Shown here piece by piece: positions 55,126 through 64,000 of a DNA stretch of 64,000 nucleotides. Within the stretch, counting starts at the first letter, position 1. Each line of letters starts with the position of its first letter. Source of the stretch: Paramecium tetraurelia (taxonomy: Eukaryota); contig CT868672.1 in the NCBI GenBank assembly GCA_000165425.1, positions 178,048 to 242,047 on the forward strand, in the 5' to 3' direction. The notes under the pieces were generated by a model. It did no database searches and was not told the DNA's origin. It was given only the letters and a program-made list of their open reading frames with translations. Made by a program: the position numbers and the translations under genes.

Positions 55126-56367
55126 ATGTCTAGAATTACCTAGGAATTGTTAAGAAAAAGAGCAGAGCATAATGAAATGATGTTAACAAATTTAGAAGAA
55201 ATTTCAATTCATTAGGAGGAAATAGTGAAGATTGAGAATTTAGATGTTTATTGTAGACACTTGAAAATATTATTGTTACAAAACAATATAATCGAAAAGA
55301 TGGAAAACCTACATAAACTGAGAGAATTGGAATACTTAAATTTAGCATTAAACAATATCAAACTAATAGAAGGTATTGAGAATTGTGAATCTTTAATGAA
55401 ACTGGATTTGACAGTCAATTTTGTGGATCTTCAGAATTTAGAAAAGTCTGTGCAATGTCTACAGAAGTGCAGATTAAAAGAGTTGTATTTAACAGGGAAT
55501 CCATGCACCGAGTATTAATATCGAAATAATATTGTATAGTTGGCAAGGGTGTAGAGATTACGTGATTGGCTAAGTGGATTCTCTTCACTCCTTAGATGGC
55601 AAAGAAATAACACATACTGAGAGGATAAAGGCAAAATAAATATTACCTTAATTGCAAAAGGAATTAATATATGCAATCGAGGAAGAGAAGATTAAGGAGG
55701 AGTAAAGAATTCATGAGGAGAAGATCAGAAAAGAAATGAATCCAAATAGTGAAGACAAAGTAGCTTATACACCAGAGACACGTAAAGAGATGTATTTGAG
55801 ACAAGCAAAAGAAAAGTATTTAAATTCAATTATGGAGTTAGAGAGGAAAAAGAAAGATAAAGAAATCCAGAGAAGTTCATAGTAAAATAAGAAACCCCAT
55901 TGTATATGAATGACGGAAGAATCAGACAATGTGATGAGGGAGGTTATAAGCCTATTGTAAATAACTGGGAAGATCCAGAAAATGTCACATTCAAAATGAT
56001 TATTCCTAAATACCTGGACACTTCCTTGATCTAAGTAAATGTGAATCCTACATATGTGTCTGTGAGAGTGAAGGGAAAACTTACTTAGATTAGATTGGAT
56101 GAGGAAGTGTTTGCTGAAAAATCTAAGATTTAAAGATCAGAAATTACTGGGGAATTGGTTATTACTATGCCCAAAGTGAATCCTAATGAAATATTAAAAT
56201 AAATAGCTGAGAGAAAGAAAAAAGAGGAGCAGTAGAAATAATAAGAGTAGATGAAACAATAAGAGATGAAGTAGAAACAAGAGAAATAGAATTTAGATTT
56301 ATTAATATAAAAAGCTTAAGCAAAATTAACCTAACAAATTGATGATGATATACCTGATTTAGAATGA
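55126..56367 (+). CDS. LRRC6: Dynein axonemal assembly factor 11 (LRRC6/TilB)
   Basis: MSRITQELLRKRAEHNE, LLLQNNIIEKMENL, LNLALNNI, LYLTGNPC, YTPETR, IPKYLDTSLI, GKLTQIRL; ends DDDIPDLE-TGA. Confidence 0.95.
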
Positions 56368-56418
56368 TATATTTATGTATATAATTAAATTACGCGCCTA
56401 ATATTTAATTAATTAAAT

Positions 56419-57899
56419 ATGAAATTAGTCATATCCTAATTATAATTTGGCATGGAGAGAAGGAAAGAATTATGGCCATAGCTATACATCCAACATAGAA
56501 TTTATTAATGACAGGAGGTTCAGATTCTAGAATAGCTGAAAAGGATAATATAAGTGAAGATGTAGGAGTCATTAAAATGTGGACAATATTAGAAAACTCA
56601 ACTAAGATGGTTGAATTTGCAGGAGCTATAAATTCTGGTCATGAATAAACTGTTAATTGTTTGAAATTTTCCCCAAATGGTAAGAATTTTGCATCTGGTT
56701 CTGACGATTACAAAATTATAATCTGGAGCTAATAAGTGAGATAAACTTTTGGTCAATCTGAACCCAGATTGTAATGGTGGCCATTTGCAGTTCTAACTGG
56801 GCATTGCAAAGAAATCTATGATCTTTAATGGTCAAAGAATGGTGAAATTATAGTTTCAGGCGGGCTGGATAAATATGTCATTGTCTGGAATGTTAAGAAA
56901 TAAAAATAATTATAAACCTTGGATGGACATACTGCATATGTATAAGGAATAACAATTGATCCAAGACTTAAATCTATAGTATCATTGAGTCAGGACAGAT
57001 CAGCAAGAGTATGGAAAGTATTGAAAGCATAAAAAAAAAATCTGAATAATCTATAATTTTATCCATAGCATGTTGTAAGAAAATTAGAAAATGCTTAAAA
57101 ACCTGAAGGATAACAGTCTATTTCATAAGACTAATAATAATAATCATAATAATAAGCAGAAGAGAAAAAATAAAATGGAATATTTTTAGGTGAAACTAGT
57201 TTATTCACTTTTGTAAGAAGACCAGATTGGAGTCCTGACGGTTCATTTTATATTTTACCTGCTGCTGAATTCTGGGTTGATAATAAACCTATCATGGGTG
57301 CATACGGATTCTTAAGATAATCTCCTTAAGTTCCTTGTTTCTTTTTACCAACCAAGACTCCTGCCTTAGTTATCAGATTTTGCTCTAAATACTATAATAG
57401 AAACTAAGACATTCAATAGCCATTAATAGATTTGCCATATAAAATGATATTTGCAATCGGAACAATTGATTCTTTACTACTTTATTCAACCGACAGCCCA
57501 ATCCCTTTAGCGATTTTTGGAAATCTTCATTATGCCTCCATAACTGATATTTGTTTTAGAGGTATCATAATTATCTATGCATGTAGGATCCAACTTAATT
57601 GCTGTAAGTTCATGCGATGGCTTTTGCTCTTTTGTTTAAATTGAGGAAGGATATTTTGGTCAAGAAGTTCCTATTGAATGTAAAGAGATTTATTATAATT
57701 AGAATTACCTGAGTATATCAAAGTGTTGTATAATAATGATAAGATAGAGGAGGAAGAAGTTTCAAAGAAGAATGAAGAGTCCAAGAAGCAAGAAATAGTA
57801 ACTGAATAAAGAGTTGAATACAAGGAGACTTAGGATGGGAAAAAGAAAAAAGTGATTATACCCAAAACTCTTTAGTTAGATTAATAAATTTAGAAATGA
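56419..57899 (+). CDS. CHAF1B: Chromatin assembly factor 1 subunit B (p60/Cac2), WD40; frameshift in first 10 codons as given
   Basis: IIWHG, HEQTVNCLKFSPNG, EIYDLQWS, HTAYVQGITIDP, FVRRPDWSPDGS, LPYKMIFAI, NLHYASITDI, SSCDGFCS; B-domain-like tail DGKKKKVIIP. Confidence 0.85.
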
Positions 57900-58087
57900 C
57901 TATCTTTGTTATTCTTATCAATACAAGAGAACTTCATACTTTAAAGTTGTCGATTTTTTTAATTTATGTAATCTCCGAGATCCAAAATAGCAATGCCATT
58001 TGAATACTAGTTCTCAGATACTGTTTGAATAATGCATTTCTGTCTATGCTTATTCTTTATTAATTTTATAATTTATATAAAAGAAGA

Positions 58088-59620
58088 ATGAGTTTTTAAA
58101 GATTTGTTTTGGATGAAAATGGATTCAACTTTAATCTGTTTCATTTGTTATGGTTACAAGATCCAATATTTAGAAACAACATAAAAATAGACATTCCAGA
58201 TACCATTGAGATAATTTAAGGATAGCCATATTTCTGGTATTACAGCCATGACTCTCAAATAATGAGAAAAAGCAAATCGAAACTTAATTGGGAAGACATC
58301 CTGAATGAATTTGTAACTGATAGAGAAGATTAGCATTTAATTTGTGCTATATGGATAAATAAGACTAAAAATTTAACAACTTTTGAGTATTTGTCATAAC
58401 ACTTATTACATTAATTGTTGACATCCAAAATACCAGATAACACTAAAGGATATCTATAGCGATTTGTTTATCCCAAAGGTATATTATATAAACAACATTT
58501 TTTAGGTAGTTGTAATGAGGTAATTAAATGCACTTGGACTAATAACTTATGTTTCTTTGAATGTTTTTCTAATAAATTTTAGATTAACTTTTCGAAAGCA
58601 GACATATATCAAAGAGCAGTAACTTTTGAGATGTTGAATGGACCCATAGAGTAGCGAACTTTGAAAGGAACTTCTCTTACCTAAAGATTGGAACTGTTGT
58701 GCGGATTGATAGTCTCTCATGTGGCTAATGTTACTTAAAATTAAAAATAAATATGTCAAATGGAAGTATTGTTCAAAATAGCCAAAAAAAACAAAGTGTT
58801 CCTCCTATTCAGTTCTAAAGTGTTGACCTCAAATAGTGAATTAAAACAACTGAATTAGCGTATTTTATATGTTTATACTTTAGCCGAATTTGAAATTTCA
58901 AGTAAAATCTAAAAATAACTAATAAACTACCCAAAGGCCATAATATTGTCAGATAACTCTAAATGTATTGGATGTGATAAAGATAAAAATTAAATTGAAT
59001 TTTCAAAGGTTCGACTAAAGGATATTGTTGAGAATTGGGAAAACAATGTGTTGACGAGAAAGTCATAAAATTAAAAAATTACTCGAGACAACATCTTAAA
59101 ATTGAATCACAATCTCCATGTTGGTTAAGTTAAAATTGATTAACAATAACTCATACCGAGAATAATCAAAATTATGTATCCAAAAATGACCATGGAAGAA
59201 TACAAAGAATTCAAAAGGAATCTTGTATTTCTAAATTAAATGATTTCCTTATGCAATGAATGCTTCACCAGTGTGTTCAATAAACAAGAGAACCAATAGA
59301 AAAAGCATTCTAATTTCAGATAAAATATTAAAAGAATCCATATGAAAACTGAAATTGATGATGGATTAGATTTAATCTATAACATCTAACCAATTCAAAC
59401 AACAAGCAATAAAATAGATTTATTTTTTAACATTAGTGAAAATAAAACTATACTTAATTACACAAGTAGAAGAATCAATGGGGAATTACTTTAAATACCA
59501 TAAATAAAGCAATTATCAAAGACTGTAGGTAAGGATTGGAATCAAAATAATTCTATTTTTAAAACCAATTAATCATCAAAATAAGAACAACAAAATTCAA
59601 ACTTTAAAGATTTTGAATGA
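58088..59620 (+). CDS. Hypothetical protein with two CxxC pairs
   Basis: MSFQRFVLDENGFNF...YLQRFVYPKG...RAVTFE...KCIGCDK...LCNECF; one intron; ends KDFE-TGA. Confidence 0.75.
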
Positions 59621-59654
59621 TTACAATATATATATATATATAATTTGGTTTGTA

Positions 59655-61095
59655 TCAATTGTCAGAATCGTTCGAAGGGGATCCAGGACTTGATCTTTTG
59701 GATTCTTAATTTGTTCTAGAACTGTATTAATTTTATTGCTTCTGTTATATTCCAACTTTTAACTTTTCACTCTTATTTGATTATTATTTAAATTATTCTT
59801 TTGGAGAATACTGCTTGATTTACAATTTTGCATTTATCTAAAAATATAACTAATATATTTACCTATTCAATCAATTCAAGATTTTCATAACAGTATTTTG
59901 AGACATTTTTACTTATGTTATCTGTTTCAACCTTTTTAATTGATTTTCTAGTTGAAAATTTTGTGTCTCTCTTATTTGTTATTTTTACTATTTACTAACT
60001 CAGTATCATGTCGTATCTGTTCTTCAATTCTTTATGGAATTCTGTTTAACCAAGCATTTATCCTTTGAATTATAAATGAATCATTACCTTACATCCAGGG
60101 ATGTTGTTTAATTTATTCTATGGTTATTCGTTTTAATGGATTTTCATCCAACATCTTTTCAATCAGATCTTTAAATTGAGCAGATGAGTCTACAATCTCA
60201 CTAAAGATCTTCCAGAAGGATTGCTTATTATTTTTCAATAAGGAATAGTAGGGATCAGTGGATTTTGAAGTTTTGAAAGGAGCTGATCTGATAACCATTG
60301 TAAACAAAATGACACCAGCGGCAAAGATGTCAGCCTGTTCTGGATTGTAAAATTTTTATTTCCCTAAATTATAATAAGCCTAATCATTACCAATATTATA
60401 TAATTCTGGAGGATTATACTCAGGAGAGCCAATGTGCTGAGATATTTCAAATTGGACTCTGGATCCTTTCTCATCGATTGTCTTGGTACTAAATCCGAAA
60501 TCTGCCAACTTGAGTACTCCATTACTAAATAGTATATTTTCGGCTTTGACGTCTCTATGAACAACACCGCGTTCATGCAGATGCTCAATTCCTATGCTAG
60601 CAATAAAGGAAGCAGTTTACCTTTTATTAGTTATGAAAAAATATTCCTTGCAAATTTTTCAGAAAATTGCTAAGTTTGCTCTAATAATTAGAACAACTCT
60701 CCTTGATTGGCTAATTCCATCACAAAATAAGAAACCTGTTGAACTCTTCCATCAATCTTTTTATAATTTCCATTCATCTTACACTATGTTGGTTGGATAT
60801 AGAATAAATACATAAATGATTCTAATTATGTGTTTATGATCAAATTCAGCTTGTGTTGAAATTTCATTTATAAATGTATCAGATCTGCATTAACTTGTTG
60901 TTGGGTCAGTTTTCATGATTTTGATTGCATACTTTTGTTTATCCTCCATATCAATAGCCAATTTAACTCTAGATTGTTATTCAATAATCTTTACTTTGCA
61001 TATCTTCCAAATCCAATTGTATCAATTATATAGTATTTGTCATCCAAAACTGATGCAAATTCTAAGTAGTCATTTTAAATATCTAAGGACATCAT
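59655..61095 (-). CDS. CAMK-group (AMPK/MARK-like) Ser/Thr kinase
   Basis: TIGFGRYAKVKLA, YAIKIMK, VHRDVKAENI, LADFGF, IGSPEYNPPEL, ADIFAAGVILFTMV. Confidence 0.9.
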
Positions 61096-61386
61096 TATAT
61101 TATAAATTTATTTGATGTAATTAATTGCTGTCATCGGATAAGTCTATATATAAACATTATATAATTTTGAAGAAGATAAAATGAAAAATTATCAATAATT
61201 ATCCTATTATAAATTGTAAGATCAAAAAATAATAAAAGTCATTTAAAAAATAAAATTTATCATAATCCAAGGCAAAAGTCAAGATTGATATATAATTAGA
61301 AATTGCAATTTCTTTTTTTGCAAACCATTTTATACTAAAATGTTCTTATTAAGAATAGAATACTCCAATTAGTCATATAATATTAA

Positions 61387-62494
61387 TCAATATTTTTTTT
61401 AATAAAAATTAACCACTACATATTTGCATTATTCTTTTTCTGGAGTTTTAATGGGACTTTTAGATAGGTTTTAAGGACTTTTGCTTCTTTAATTTCTTAC
61501 AAAATTTTTGGTTTTAGTTACAAGTTTAAAATCTTAAGAATTAATTCTGCTTTAATTCTTTATAGGTGTTAGTATTTTGTTTTCCTTTTCTTGTTTCTAA
61601 TTGGTTGACTTTTTATGGTTTTCTTGAAAATTTTGAATATCAATTCTTATTTTAACAGTTGAATCATATTGTTCTTTATTGCTTTTTTGAGGTGTTGATA
61701 AAGTTTTAGAGTTCGAAGATGATCTTTGATGACTAGCATATTAATCTGCATTCTATTATTTTAAGTTGTATTAAAAATTTTGATTAGGAGTTATTGAATT
61801 GAAATTTTTACTTAAATTCCTTCGTAAATTACGATTAGGGACTTTTTGAATGGTATCTGCTGGCAGAGTTTTAAGTTGCATTTGAAAATCTATTGCTTAT
61901 CACTTATTGCTCCTTTTTGTCTATTTATTTCTATGATAATTTTTCTTGTATTCTTTCCCTCAAAGGCCTATAATTTTGTATTTGCTTCTATTTAACATCC
62001 ATAGGTGGTTCATCATCAAAAAGAGATGGTATTGATTTCTTAGGTGTAAGTTATCTGGTAAAAACATCCAATGGAACATGTTTAATTTATATCTCTTTGT
62101 TTATGCTTTATCTGAAGTTACGTAGTTAAATCAAGGCAACTTGAGATTATTCATTACAGTTTGGCATCGAGGGAACTTTTTGAAGATTGGAGGATTTAAA
62201 ATTTTCTTGTTCAAATTGGCTCATCTCATCGTTTTGAAGTACTAGATCATCTTCAAATTGAAAATCCAAAAAGGGAGGCTCATTGACTAACTTTAATTAT
62301 TTTCAATGGTTACAATTGGAAGAATTCAAATCTTCAAATTGAAAAAGTTGGGGTTCAAACATGGCATAATTATCGAAGTTTATGAAATGATCATAATAGG
62401 ATTTCATGGACATGATGCAGCTGGGTTGAGGGGGCTATTGGGAATAATGAAATAAGTGTTAGAGACATCGATTTATTTCTGAGATTGTATTCAT
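61387..62494 (-). CDS. Hypothetical Ser/Pro-rich protein
   Basis: MNTISEINRCLQHLFHY...; one intron; ends YVVVNFYQKKY-TGA. Confidence 0.7.
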
Positions 62495-62591
62495 ATTATA
62501 ATTAATTATGAAAATGATGATTAACGAATTTAAAAAAATCCTATAATATCTTGTAATTAATTATTTGTTTTACAGTACTAAAAGAGAGAGA

Positions 62592-63401
62592 ATGTAATAG
62601 GGCTGTGATGAGAATTTCGAGATAAATGAAGTAGTTTGGGCTAAAGTCTTAGGCTGTAAGTAGTTTTTTAAGCTTTAGATCCATGGTGGCCAGCATAAGT
62701 AATTATAGAATAATCATAAATAGATCTCGTCAATTTCGAATGGAAAGACTGGTACAAATTAATAATGCAGAGTGAATTTTTTAGCAGATGGAACGCAGTA
62801 TTTGTTTCAATTAAATAATAGCGCTGATTTACGTCTTGAAAAAGTGAAAAAATGGGATGATAAGCCAGCATAAATGGAAACGAAGAAATTGAAAGAAGCA
62901 ATCGAATTGGCCAATCAGATTCTGACAGGATAATATTAAAACATATTGCCTAGCTTCGATAATTTGAATGAGCATGCACTTAAAAGTCTGGTCATTAAAT
63001 TGAATGATTTAATAAGAAAGGACAATTAAATGGATGATGTAATTGTTCCTATGATAAACTAGATTGCGCAATTATTGAATAAAATATCGAATGTTGAATT
63101 ATTGTCGATTGTTAAAATGAATCTGGGGTAACAGTTATTTCGAATACATAAAACTCATCAGAGCAGAAAACCAAAGAAATTCTAAATCCTACTCAATACC
63201 TTTCTAGAACAATTAACTACCATAATTGGCTATAAAGAGTAGGTAGAATAAACAACCAGTAATAAAAAGAAATTTAAATAATCCATTTCAAATGAGGAAC
63301 CTCTTGAAGAAATTACAAAATGCGTAATCATTTAAGATGGACCTGAAGTCAAAAGAAAAAAAGCAGAAGAGAGTTTCTAGAATACTCCCCTTAATTAATG
63401 A
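62592..63401 (+). CDS. PWWP-domain chromatin protein
   Basis: FEINEVVWAKVLGYPWWPAQI...CRVNFLADGTHA...KLKEAIELA, assembled across three tiny introns. Confidence 0.88.
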
Positions 63402-63547
63402 TGATTTTATAATCTATGAAAAAATTATTTCCAATATTCATTAATCACTAGTATTCATTATAATATTGTGTATTTATTGTTGATTTACTCTAAATTGAAA
63501 TATATATATAATATATATTACTATAATTATATTCAATTTTCGAATTC

Positions 63548-64000
63548 ATGAATCCAGAAAAGAAATTGACACTCAACAAAATAACATTAAATCGACCCCT
63601 ACAAAAGATTGGATTACCACCAAAAATCACCCTCAATAAACAACTTGATTCTAGACCCTAAAGTTCAAAAATTGATATTCAATCTGTTAATATAAATTGG
63701 CTAGTCGATAATATATAATAAGAAAAGTATATTTATTAAATAATTTAAATCTAAGTAAGTTAGAATGGATATAAAAATGTTACGTCTTTTTTAAAGATTG
63801 GACCCAAAACACAGAATGCAATGATTAAGGCAAAGAACAAATATTAAAATAGAGCATTTAATTATTAGACTACAACGATCTGCAAGTTAGATTATACGCA
63901 ATCAAAGCAGCATTGTTTGGATTCACTACCTTAAATTTATTAGAACTATTATTTCAAAAATAGCCTAAACCTCTTCTAAGAAGACCAAAAAGCGGTTCCA
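63548..64000 (+). CDS. Hypothetical protein, 3' end outside the window
   Basis: MNPEKKLTLNKITLNRPLQKIGLPPK...; one intron; open to the window end. Confidence 0.65.

Overview
Very AT-rich, gene-dense eukaryotic DNA that reads as a ciliate macronuclear chromosome segment, most likely Paramecium. Conserved proteins read through TAA/TAG as Gln and stop only at TGA (translation table 6), and genes are split by tiny 20-38 nt GT..AG introns. The supplied ORF track (standard code, no splicing) therefore fragments real genes and adds antisense shadows. Manual re-translation gives about 35 protein-coding loci. Recognisable products: a carotenoid cleavage oxygenase, a large CH-domain/coiled-coil protein, an MFS transporter, two 3-repeat Myb factors, a bromodomain-ET protein, a Cys->Ser dual-specificity pseudophosphatase, a GAF protein, NAA10, a RimK-type ATP-grasp ligase, a TFIIIC Tfc4/GTF3C3-like TPR protein, PI4K, NDR, NEK, MAP3K-like and CAMK-like kinases, a KIF12-like kinesin, a membrane RING ligase, a trichocyst-matrix-like precursor, MTRFR/C12orf65, LRRC6/DNAAF11, CAF-1 p60 and a PWWP protein. 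No rRNA, tRNA, transposon, telomere or CRISPR array was recognised. Most notable: two bacterial-looking enzymes that carry ciliate introns, a pseudophosphatase, frameshifts in otherwise pristine NDR and CAF-1B genes, and extreme intergenic compaction (8-39 nt). No multi-gene novel system could be demonstrated. Coordinates were derived by hand and family calls come from motif recognition, not database searches.
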